Positions 25,737-37,441 of a DNA stretch of 64,000 nt are shown piece by piece (within the stretch, counting starts at the first letter, position 1; each line of letters opens with the position of its first letter). The translations under genes were made by a program, and so were the position numbers. The stretch is from positions 1 to 64,000 of the forward strand of contig NIVC01001008.1 in assembly GCA_002269645.1 (NCBI GenBank), read 5' to 3'. The stretch comes from Macrostomum lignano. Taxonomy: Eukaryota. The notes beneath the pieces were generated by a model. That model had not been told where the DNA came from. It ran no database searches and saw only the letters and a list, made by a program, of their open reading frames with translations.

Positions 25737-26522
25737 TAGAGTTCTGCCATAGCTATGGATATGGCAACAGGAAGTTATTGATATGGATGTTTTTAGACAG
25801 AACATACAGATGTGGATAGGGTTATAGAACACATATTTCCTATATTTAGTTCCCATATCCAGGCCATTCAATAAATTAGATGAGACTTGAAAGACTGTTA
25901 GAGTCATTGTTTTGATGAGTGGGGGTAGAGCAAGGTGAGCTCTTAAGCCCCTTGGGGTTAGGGACTCAAGCAACAGAGATTTTTGACACCATATGCATGT
26001 TGCAGTTGGAATGGTGGGGAACTAAATTTAAGATGAAAATTTCCACTTTCTCTTAAGTTCCTAGAATTGGGGACTCAAGCAACAAAGAAAGAAATGCTTG
26101 ATACTATAAGCGCATTGGGGTTGGGATAGTAGGGCCAAAGTTAAGATAAATGTTTTCACTTTCAAGGCTCTTAAGTCCTTGGGTTTTGGGGACTCAAACA
26201 AATTTGTGACACTACAGGAAGAAAGAAAAGGGAAGAGAGGAGAGAAGAGAGAGAATAGACAAAAAGGCAATTACATTGATAGGAATTGAGCACCATAGAT
26301 ACATTCTATAGAAATTTATTCATAACTGCATGCTTGTAGCTATGGCACACTTCAACCACAGCAAGAAAGTTATAGAAAATTTACTAGCTATGGATACAGA
26401 TATGGATATAGTTAGGCTATGGAAAATATTAAATAAAAATATAATAAAATAAAAAGAAAAGGAATATGAAATATGGCCATGGATATAGGTACATAAAAAA
26501 ATTTGATTATGGCAGAACTCTA
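25737..26522. mobile_element. Non-autonomous TIR element (MITE)
   Basis: Perfect 15-bp TIR TAGAGTTCTGCCATA (25737-25751) / TATGGCAGAACTCTA (26508-26522); AAAAC on both flanks (possible 5-bp TSD) or, alternatively, a TA TSD. Confidence 0.7.
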
Positions 26523-26740
26523 AAAACTTTAATAACTAGTATAATATTAAACTTCTATTTTATCTAATAGTCATAAAACAAGTTCAATTAATGTCAAATA
26601 GTTTAGTCATTATATAAACTATTTCTTGTAATTTATTATTCTACCTAGGTTTTTTTAATATTAGTTACTATTTTATTATCAACACAGGCTTATATCTATT
26701 GTTAGTTGGTAGGCAAAAAATTAGCCAATTCACTGTAGAC

Positions 26741-27429
26741 CAGGGGTCAGCAACCTCTGGCCCGCAAAGACTTTCTATGTGGCCTATGAACTTCTTTTAT
26801 CTTTATTATTTATAATCTGGCCTGCACCTTCATGGTAACTTTATTATTTGGCCTACAAAATGTTTGTTCCCTGACAATTTGGAATTCCTCCCTTCAATTG
26901 TGAATTTTAATGACAAATGAGTAATGAGACACGAACTGAGAGTGAGTGGCTGTTTACAAAGTCTAGAGTCTAGACAGACAGCACATCATCAGTTGAAACT
27001 TTGAATGGAATAGAAATAGGGGAACTGCCAGCAAAGGAAAGTGGTATGGTGGAGCTAGCCAACAACAGGAATACCAATGTACATTGATAGGGCTAACTGT
27101 ACAGTGGAATTGGACTTTCTTAGAATGCATCCAAGTGTATTAACTTTTTTATATCTAGTTCTTCAGTATCAAATATTTTAGCCTATTAGTAGTGCAACTA
27201 GAAATTTGTTGAGGGGCAGATTCTGGAGGGTAAAGACCCCAGGGGATGGAAAGAGTAGCTCCTATATGTTAGCAAAAATGTGCTTGGCCCCCCTTGATTT
27301 TCTTTAGGTCTCTGCCTAAGGGGAGGGGGCAACTGCTCCCTACCCCCCTTGGGGTGTATCCCTATGGCCTATGGTCTTAGACTAAAAACCTTATCTAGCC
27401 CTTGAGTGGAAAAAGGTTGCCGACCCTTG
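26741..27429. mobile_element. hAT (Charlie/Buster-type) MITE
   Basis: TIR CAGGGGTCAGCAACC / GGTTGCCGACCCTTG; perfect 8-bp TSD CTGTAGAC at 26733-26740 and 27430-27437. Confidence 0.92.
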
Positions 27430-29307
27430 CTGTAGACTATTTTAGCCAATAGCTAATCATAAGCAAAATAGTTAGTTTTATTAGCAAATGAGCATACAAA
27501 GGTAAATACCAACTGTTCATCTAGGCAAAACTGAGTCATGTTTGCAATTGAAGGAGAATAGATACAAAAACAGAACTATACCAAAGTGATGAAAGTGTTT
27601 ATTTGACTTCATAACATAAAACCATGTATATCAATAGACAAATTCCCTCTCATTAGCAGGGGGTTAAAACCACACTGGCAAGCAGAAATGTACAAATGGG
27701 TAAAGGTAAAGTAATAGCATGCAAGAATGATTAATCCCGGGAGAGAGAGAGAGAAAGAGAGATATATAGAAATAAAAAGACAATAAAGCAACATAAAAAC
27801 CAAAGTTTACATTTATTATTTTGCCAACAACTTCATTAGTTATAGTTTAAGAATATTATGAATAAATAACACAATATATTTAGATGCAAAGGATAGAATC
27901 TCTTTTTAAGAGATTTAGAAAACTTATAATAGAGAACTAAACAATTTTGCCAAAATTTGAGCTACTAACTAACCTTTTTTGAGTTTTAACCTATTTAGTC
28001 CCTACTTTATATCTTAAATTTTTTTATTAAACCATAAAAAATGTTAAGGCATATGATAAGAAAATAGCCTAATGATTCAGATGAACTTAGGCTACTTTAA
28101 TTAAGTATAGTTTGCTAGAATAAAAAATTATTTTGATAATTCTTTTTATATGAATATAATAACAAATTAATAATAGATATAATTTTATATATACCTATTT
28201 TTATACTAGGCTTGCAATAGACAAGAAAATATATTAGCTATTTGTAGAGGAGGCTATTAATCTAAGGCAGTTGTTATTTGTCTGGTGACCAGACAAATGG
28301 CGACATGGTTATTCGTCTGGTTACCGGACAAATAGCCATTTCACTATTTGTCCGGTTATTTTACCGGACAAATAGCCATTTTGTTATTTGTCCGGTTAAA
28401 TATATATTACTAGTACTATCTACTTGTTGTAGGGAATATGTCTGGTTTTTAATGGCTTCTTTACTCATATCTTGATCAATATATTGTTATACTAGTGTAC
28501 GACTACACGCGCAATTAGTTTCACTTAAAATTTAGCTTGCAAGCACGTTTGTCTTTGCACGATTGTTGAAACCGCTCAATGCTTATCTAGCATTTAGATT
28601 AGATAGTAATATCTATCTCAAAGGTATATGCATATCTCATCTATATTGCATACTGTATCGATGCAGATGCCACAATAGTACTCTAATGGCGGTAGCTTTA
28701 TGGTGTATCGTAGAAGATATGATTATGATTATTCTACTATTAATTATATATATAATAGTAGAAAATTAAAGTATAAATAAGTATAATTAGGCGCGTAGCC
28801 AGGATTCACGTCTCGGGGGGGGGGGGCAGAGACATAAATCCAATTTACATTTTCTACAATTCCATTTTACTTATTCCAATAATTTCCATTAAAATGTTTA
28901 ACAACCTTTCTACTTACAGCTGAAGTCGACTTAGTACTTACTTATTAAGTCCGACTTATCTGAATTTTGCAGCAAATGTTTGCCTGCCTGTATGAACTAG
29001 TTAATTAATAGCCAAACAAACAATTTCGATTTAGTTTTGCGCGGTGTCTATGAAAAACAGTGCTAAAAATTATCGCAGTTAAAATTAAACAAAAAACCTT
29101 AATAAAAGCAATATTAATATTTTAAGAAAGTATTATTAACAGTTATTTTTATTTATAAATTATAGAAAAACTGCATTAAAAGCGATCACCTTATTTCTCC
29201 TTTGTTTGATTACGAGCAAGTCTGAGACTGCTGAATATGGACAAGAAGAAAGTTCTAGTAATGTTGAATGTTCTGGAGCTGTTAGCCAGTCTACCCCAAA
29301 TCACTAC

Positions 29308-30189
29308 CAGTGTTGGGCACCGTTAATGAAAATCTTAACTTCCGTTAATAGCAAAAGCGTTAGCGTTAAAACAAAAAAATCTTAACTTTTTTACTCCTAA
29401 TTTCGTTAAGTTAACTGAAAGTTAACTGATAATCGTTAATAAGCGTTAATCCGTTAAAGTTAACACAGAAAATACGGAAATCCTGCACGTTTTTTCCAAA
29501 ACAGACTTTGTAATGCACGTCTTTGCTATTCCATCTTTTTAGCGAAACACAGAGGTCATCTAAGCGATTTGAAAGCTAAAAAAGTAATAAATAATCATTT
29601 TAAAAACTTGCATGCATTTATTATACTATTAAAAGTAAAGCATATGGTAAAAAAGTAACTTATTTTATTTGAAACTTAAAAGCTAATAGCGAGAAATTCA
29701 TAATTAAATACGCATAGGAAGGTTGTTTCAGTACCATTAGCAGGCGCAGCAGAAAGTTGCGAAAGATTGGGACAGAAGTGAATCAAAGCGATCGATGCTC
29801 ACGCGCAAGAAATAAAGTTTCACACTATTTTAATTCATTATTTTAAAGTTTATTTGTAAGAAGTTGTTAATTACATGTACGTCTGTATGATTATCGTCAT
29901 AAATAAAGAGATTATATTTAGGCATATAGGTAAGCTCAAATACGTTCGTAATGTTTAAACTTCTTGTAAGACTTCTATTTTTCGTTTCTTTGCGTCTTTG
30001 GTCATTGACATAGACACTACCGTTAACGATGAATTTATCGTTAATTCACAAAATTTTTAACGCAAATTCATTAATCCATTAGTTCAAAAAAATCTTAACG
30101 ACAGTCCGTTAACGTTAATGAAAAATCTTAACGCTTATTAACGCTTATTAACGGATTAACGCTTATTAACGGACTGGTGCCCAACACTG
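29308..30189. mobile_element. hAT MITE with subterminal CGTTAA repeats
   Basis: TIR CAGTGTTGGGCACC / GGTGCCCAACACTG; perfect 8-bp TSD ATCACTAC at 29300-29307 and 30190-30197. Confidence 0.93.
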
Positions 30190-31579
30190 ATCACTACTGT
30201 ACACACCCGTAACCCAGATCGAAGCATACCTTTGTAAAGGTAAAGCGCAGCGTCTACTGAATGCGCTATAAATAGACGTCAGTTGAGGACTTCTATGTAT
30301 CGAATTATACTCGACAACAGTCAAAAGTTGCACCCCTAGCGAGAAGCAACTTTTGTGAGACTCGCGACTGGAGTAGGCCTAAAGAGAAATTAAACTCATT
30401 AAAGTAAATGCTCATTATAAGGGGTGTTTATTTTAACTGTTGCTACATAATCTATTGTGCGAATGACAAAGTGTTGTGTAATGAATAGGCTATATGTACA
30501 CAGTCCCTTTATTTAATTTATGAATTGGCAGCTGAGCTCTAAGATCCCTTAGCCTTGGCTGCCTTAACTTAAAATAGAGGGAAACAATAAGTATTTAAAG
30601 TAAATGACTCAATTTCCTAATCTTTAATAATGCAAGAAGTGTAAATTATATCCAATTTAGTAAACTTAGTTTCAGATCATTGAAAGTAATAGTAGCAATA
30701 ATCAATGCTATATTATATAAAGTTCTAATATTTTGTATAACATTTTATTTAATTTATATTTTTATGAGTAAACAATTATTATAGTCAATCAAATTTACCT
30801 AATATTTGCATTAAAGCTCTTGTTTTATAAAATATAAATGAAACATTCAGTATTTTTTGTTTATCTATGAAGTAGATAAGCCTTTGTTATTTATTTAAGG
30901 TTGGCATGAGTTAGAATGGCTCCTGGACACTTTGTCATCTAACCACTTTGTCATCTCAATGACGAAGTGACCTTGGTTTTTGGATGCTTTGTCATATCAA
31001 AAAAACTGTTAATAAATCTAGAGGCTCATTCCATATAAGCATGGTCGTAACATGACAGGTTATTTTTACTTATAAAATGAAATCTAATAATAGAATATAC
31101 TAAACCAATATTTTAAATGAAAGATTATTTTGTCTAGAATATATTTATAGAGTTTCATATAGATATCATCATTAGTATAGATGCTATTAAACCTTAAATG
31201 ACACTTATGGTTGTAACAACAGGATTTTTAACATATAGAAACTAAAACTAAAAGGTAAAAGTCTTATAACATTTTTCATATTGATATTTTGCAATACATT
31301 TTTAAAATTTGACTAAGAACATCTTTAGAAATCATACTCTTTTATTAGAATATATAAACTCAAAAGGCAACAAAGATACAAAAGAAAAGGCAGCCTTATG
31401 GTCGTAACATATTTTTTTCTGTCAATTCAGTAACTTTGAGGTACTAATACATTAAAAATATAATAGATTATTTGGTCACCAATGCTTTAATCTGATGATG
31501 CAAGTACTATACTTTTATCTATAGTTTGTTTCAACCTTCAAAAGCTTTCTATTTGTTTTTAAAAGGTACAAAATCTTAA

Positions 31580-32249
31580 GGTCCGCGGTCATTTCGTCTG
31601 CCGCCTTTTCGTCTGCCAAAGAATTTTAGCAGACGAAACGACTTTTTTATTTATGTTTATTTTGGTTCACTTATTTCGTAATTTTTATGTAGGGAATTAA
31701 AATAAATTAGTATAAGCAAGTTTTAAGTATGTTTTCTTATTTATATTGATACATTTTGTTTTTCTTCATTTTCTACGAAACCTAACTTACCTTTTTTAAC
31801 ACTTTGTGCATTTAAGCTACTTAGTATTCGTGAATAAATTGCATGAGTTTACATTTTCTGTGCCTACAATTTCGATTGCTCCTTACATTTTACACTTTGT
31901 GCATTTAAGCTACTTGTATTCGTGAATAAATTGCATATGAGTTTACATACACGAAAAAAAAGGAAGTTGGAAGGAAACTAAACGGTTGGAACTTGGAGAT
32001 ATTTGCTTCTGGCTTTGTGTATTTATATATATGCAACATATTAGCTCCGAAACTTGCAGAAAAATCCTAGCATTATAATAAATTAGAATTAATAAGACAT
32101 TTACATTACACTTCCATGCGAAGCTTGATGACATAATTAGTTATTCCGATTTATATATTATATATATTGGCAGACGAAACGACTATATCGTATATTGGCA
32201 GACGAAAAGGCGGCAGACGAAAAGGCGGCAGACGAAATGACCGTCAACC
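31580..32249. mobile_element. Nested MITE with GG termini (MULE/Merlin-like)
   Basis: Inverted GGTCATTTCGTCTGCCGCCTTTTCGTCTGCC; 8-bp TSD AATCTTAA at 31572-31579 and 32250-32257. Confidence 0.85.
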
Positions 32250-33294
32250 AATCTTAATGATGTCTTTTGCTTCGAAAAATGTCCAAATTTTTACAAAAAT
32301 GACTTTTTGCCAATTGATAACATACTAATCCAACATTTTACCATTCCTTTATTCTTAGATTGTATATATTGCACAATATAAACATTTGGTAAAAAATAGG
32401 CTAATTAGGCAATGGCAAGCAAAAATATTGACTTTTTTCTATTTTCCAAATATGTCTATCTTATATGGAATAAGCCTAGATGACAAAGTGACCAAATTTT
32501 GAGGACACTTTGTCATCCCAAAATTTAGTAAGGCTATAAATTGTTATTTGATTGTTATTGTTATAAATTGTTACTCAATTAATTTAGTCTATAAAATATA
32601 GGATTAAATACACACTTAGAGATTCAACTTGTTGCTATAATTGGCATCCAATGTATACAATATAGCCTATATGCAGTTTGCATATGCATGCTTTAATGTA
32701 CAAGTATATACATGTAGATACTAGTGCTCATTGTAATTTTATTCTATGTTCAAACTTGCCAAGCTCTAATAATTATATTTGCTTCCTTGCTAAAGCCTAA
32801 AATTGGCATTATCACTTCTATAACCTAGGGAAAGCAATAAAGTAAATGGCCATGGATTTCTCCTTGCTCCACCTGCAGGGACTTAAACCAACCCCTGAAT
32901 CACAACCCCATATAATCTGAGCTAAAGTGATGTTACGTAATGGATTTCTCCTTGTTCTACCTGCAGGGACTTAACCAACCCTTCACACATATACAGTCTA
33001 AGCTAGAGCATTTTCACCCCCTAAATAAATATGCTAAGCCATATATGCATTTGTGTCTATGAGTGCAATATGCCAATTCTCCAACCAACTAACCACAGTA
33101 GTGGATCCAAGAGGGGTGCAGGTGCAAAGATGGTCACTTTACCCCAAGACTGAAGTGGCCAGCCTACTCCCACCCTGAATTTTATTATAGAATAGAATTT
33201 TATATATTCTATTTTATATTTTATATAGAATTTTATATAGAATATTGAGAGCTGTCTAGCCAAGGGAACTTTCCATGGAGCTGCACATGCTGTC

Positions 33295-33799
33295 AAGGTG
33301 AGCCGTCAGCTGTCCAGCCATAGGTAGAGCCACCAGCCGTCCAGCCGCAGGTAGAGCTGCCAGCCACCTAGCTGGAGGTAGAGCCACCAGCTGTCTAGCT
33401 GCAAGTAGAGCCGCCAGCCGTCCAGCTGCAGGTAGAGCCCCTAGCTGCAGGTAGAGCCACCAGCCATCCAGCTGCCAGCCGCCTAGCTACAGGTAGAGCC
33501 ACTAGCCATCTAGCCGCAGGTAGAGCCACCAGCCATCCAGCTGTAGGTAGAGCCACCAGCTGTCTAGCCACCAGCTGTCCAGCCACAGGTAAAGCTGCCA
33601 GCTATCTAGCAGCAGGTAGAGCTGCCAGCTATCTAGCAGCAGGTAGAGCTGCCAGCCATCCAGCAGCAGGTAGAGCTGCTAGCTGTCTAGTAGCAGGTAG
33701 AGCTGCCAGCCATCCAGCAGCAGGTAGAGCTGCCAGCCATCCAGCAGCAGGTAGAGCCGCCAGCTATCCAGCAGCAGTAGAGCCGCCAGCCATCCAGCC
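33295..33799. repeat. 27-bp minisatellite with C>T/G>A decay
   Basis: Variants of CCGCCAGCCGTCCAGCCGCAGGTAGAG. Confidence 0.88.
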
Positions 33800-33814
33800 A
33801 ATTATCAATTAATT

Positions 33815-33925
33815 TTCAGTTAACTTTAATAAAATTAAGAGTTAATAAGTTAGGATTTTTTGTTTTAATGCTAATGCTTTTGCCATAATGGAAGTTAAGA
33901 TTTTCATTAATAGTGCTCAACACTG
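33815..33925 (-). mobile_element. Solo degenerate end of the hAT MITE family at 29308
   Basis: The reverse complement aligns with 29308-29420. Confidence 0.85.
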
Positions 33926-35060
33926 GAAGCAGATTAAAGAGATTTTAATTGTCTTCTTTGCAGATAATTTTGAATCTTTTGGCAAAGACGGGATAAAAAT
34001 TGGTGAAGAATTGCGAGCTCTAGAGCATTATGGACATACAAACAAACAAACAAACAAATATTAGAGATTTAAATAGATTTAGAAGGAAAGGATCGAATTA
34101 ATTCTGCAGTACTTTAAATGTATAGGTCTTAATGCTTTGTGAACTTTTTTTTATCTTTGTGCCTACATGTAGCTACAAATTATAGTATTTAATGACAATC
34201 TTTGTGGGTCGTGACTTTGCCATTGTCTGGTCCCAAGCCCAGAATGTGAAAAGAGGAGGGCGACTATATGTAGATACATATACATGTATAATGTTTAATC
34301 TTTATCTTTATATAGTTATATAGTTATATAGTTGCATATATGAGTATACATGTTACATATAGCAAAGTTTTTCATGCAAAAAGTGGATGACAGTGTCCAG
34401 GGAGTAGATGACAAAGTGTCATATTAGTAATGTGGATGACAAAGTGGTAAGATGACAAAGTGTCCAACAATAAGAGTGGATGATGAAGTCAAGTGGTAAG
34501 ATGACAAAGTGTCCAGGAACCAGTTAGAATAGGCCTAAATGATTATGATCATATTACAATAGAATACAATTATAAGAAAAATACTGTCTTCCTTAGCATG
34601 ATTGGTTGAGGATTTTTAAAATTGAAAGACTATATAATAAATATTTCATGTTTGAATTGAGTAATTATATTTCATTGAAATATATCATTATATGACAACT
34701 TTTTGACCCTTGATTCTAATTTAGAAAAATATAGGTTAGCATTAGCCATTCTTTAACAATGCTCTAATAATTTACTATTTATATTTTTACCCAAGTACCT
34801 TTGAATGCAATAGTAGAACTAACAGTTTGGCTTTGTTATAATTATAATAGGCTTTTTAATTTTCAAGAATAAATTCTACTACTTGTGCTTGCTGGTTACT
34901 AAATAGGCCTAGCAAAAATATTTTGCAATGGAAGTCATTCATTTAGCATATTTTAACTCAATATATCGATTGATTGCAGTTGACAACATCTACTTTTCTC
35001 CTAATCAAATCTTCCCCAATAACACGTAATTGCATGCCTTCCCATACCAGAGACTCAGCC

Positions 35061-36681
35061 ATGAGTGGCATGCGCCTCGACTGCAAAATCTATGTTGGCG
35101 AACTGCCTAGAGATGCTGAGGAACGAGAAATTCAACGCACCTTCAAATCCTTTGGCCGCATTCGCAATGTTTGGGTTGCGCGCAATCCTCCAGGGTTCGC
35201 ATTTGTAGAGATGGAAGATCCCAGGGATGCAGAAAAGGTAACCAATATTTTCCAGAATCTCGTGTTGTTCCACTACTGCTTCAGATTCTTTAAGTCTAAC
35301 TATATTGTAGCTAATAGAAATTCGCCCCGCCATTACATTTTTGTCAATCCATTTGAGAAAAAATAAAACGCAATAGATACTACTTAAAACAAAATGCAGA
35401 AAGCTAAAATACTAGTGTTTTACATGTTTAATTAAATTAAAGGCGGCCAGATCGCTAGACGGCTCTGTAATTTGCGGCGTTCGAGCCCGTGTAGAAATGT
35501 CAAGCGGCCGGTCGCGGCCAAAATCTCGTCGCGGCTTCGATCCGGACGATCGCTGCTATGACTGCGGCGCTCGCGGCCACTACGCTTATAACTGTCCGAA
35601 AACTGGGCGTGGCAGAGGCGCCGCCGCCAACGGGCGCGATGGCAGTCGAGAGAGACGGCGCGGCAGGTGAGCAGAAATGCAAACTGCAAGCTATAATTTA
35701 CGCAGGAACCGGTCTTATAGTATTTTTGCAGTTAAACTTGTTGCTGTTACTAGTTAAGTGGCGATATTTCTATCTGAGACATACAGGTTTAGGAATTGTA
35801 TTAGGAATAGGCGTTGTACATTGACAGTTTTTTTCACATGCCTGATTCAAGCGTGTGAAGTTTTAGTGCGTGTTTCCTGTAGCCAGTATAAAAGTGACTC
35901 TAATCGCCTTTCGAATACGTTTCTAGCTGATCTGCACTAAGTCATCGCGCCCGATACGTTAATAGCTTGGAGTTCACCTCTCGAGCTCTCGGCAACCTAT
36001 ATGCCATTTGCCGTTCGATTCTGACCTTCTCTGTATGCCCATCGCATCTTGGCCACTGCATACTGCAGTCAGCTTGTCGAGACGGCAGCCAACTGATCCG
36101 ACCGGCTGCCCGATCCGCGGCTGTCTTCTCTCTTCCTTTTCTGCAGCTGCGTGCCTAGCTACAACTGGCCTGGTCTTCCGTTTCCATTCTCCCTCTGCTG
36201 CTCTTCGACTCGACTGCATACGCAACGGAAGTTGAGAGTCGCGTTGCAAGCTCACCTCTCGCTGCATGACCCAACTGCACAGTCTCCGACGGAGCCAAGG
36301 AGAAGAGGAGACAAATTAAGGGAATTTCTCGGGATCTGAGGGAGTTTGGAGCCGCGGCAGTTATCATTGTTTGCTTCGTTGCAGCAATCAGCAGTTAATC
36401 TTCTCTACACTCATCAAATCTGAGTATCAAGTGTAAAAATTGTGCATTAATATTTTATTACAATTTGCTGCTATTGCGTGATGCCTTATCCAGCATAATT
36501 ATACTTCTGGGTGATTCGTAATTTGATTTATATATATTCTTATTAATGAAGTCGCCAGCTAGCTATAAGGAAGCAGCCTGTTCGTTAATTTTTTTCCAGA
36601 CGCAGCCCATCCAATTCGGATCGCAGCGATAGTCGCAGCCGCAGTCGCAGCCGCTCGCCGCCGCCGCGTAGGAAGCGTTGA
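35061..36681 (+). CDS. SRSF7: Serine/arginine-rich splicing factor 7 (9G8/RBP1 family), 160 aa
   Basis: Exons 35061-35237, 35443-35666 and 36600-36681 (phases 0 and 2). [48 protein letters not shown]; CCHC knuckle [14 protein letters not shown], which distinguishes SRSF7 from SRSF3; short RS tail. Confidence 0.93.
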
Positions 36682-37064
36682 AGAATTTCGTTGTCGGCAG
36701 AGAACTGCAGCGTGAACTTGGTGAGTACAGAGAACGACATAATTAGCTTGACTTCATTTTCAACTTAGTAGTGATTGCCTTTTGAGTTTAAAAAGTTTAC
36801 ACCAAACACGTATTTGCTTTCAGAATTTGTCGTCATTTGTAAGGAACTACAATTGCGGTTCCAGTGCAACTGCAGAATAAGTGTTAAACAATGTATAGCC
36901 CATATACTCTACATAATTGAGCATTGATGTTGAGCAATTCGCAACAATATTACTGTTGATTTTCACTCATTCTCTTTAGTCACGTTGAACCACAGATACT
37001 AAAATGACTAGACTCAGGCATATAGGGTACGTTAGGGTTAGGGTTAGGGTAGTAAAACAGCTTT

Positions 37065-37441
37065 CTACTTTCAGTTCAGTAGCAAAGAAGAATACATAAG
37101 CTATTTTATAGAAATAAAGGCAGCTGAAATGACTTGAATAAGCTTGAATAAGAAATTACTTTGATAAGCTTAGAAGCCAAGCTTGCAGGCGCAAACAACT
37201 TGCTAATTGGTTCAGCAATAATGTACATTGGCCAGTCCACTGAAATGTACATGGCAGTTTTAGGCTGGAATTCCGATAAAGGCAATAAAAATTGGGGCGG
37301 GGCGGGGGTAGCGTGGAAAGGCGCGTTTGGAGGGTTTAGAAGTTGGAAGTTAGAAGTTGAGGGTAAGAGCCAATAAATGAGCCTTAGCTTTAAAAATACA
37401 TTAAAATGCTTCAGTTTAACTTACTACTGAACTGAAAGTAG
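37065..37441. mobile_element. Putative MITE bounded by an 18-bp inverted repeat
   Basis: CTACTTTCAGTTCAGTAG (37065-37082) / CTACTGAACTGAAAGTAG (37424-37441); no clear TSD. Confidence 0.5.

Larger units (their letters stand above)
30918..34521. mobile_element. Non-autonomous Mutator-like (MULE) element, 3.6 kb, carrying nested insertions
   Basis: 23-bp TIR GGCTCCTGGACACTTTGTCATCT (22/23 match); perfect 9-bp TSD AGTTAGAAT at 30909-30917 and 34522-34530; subterminal CACTTTGTCATC repeats; no transposase ORF. Confidence 0.88.

Noticed and set aside
28275-28400. Short internal palindromes (ACCGGACAAATA / TATTTGTCCGGT)
   Set aside because: Likely MITE remnant; termini and TSD could not be defined
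37032-37050. (TTAGGG)3, plus a shorter match near 11712
   Set aside because: Too short to indicate a telomere fusion; such motifs are common in TE ends and by chance
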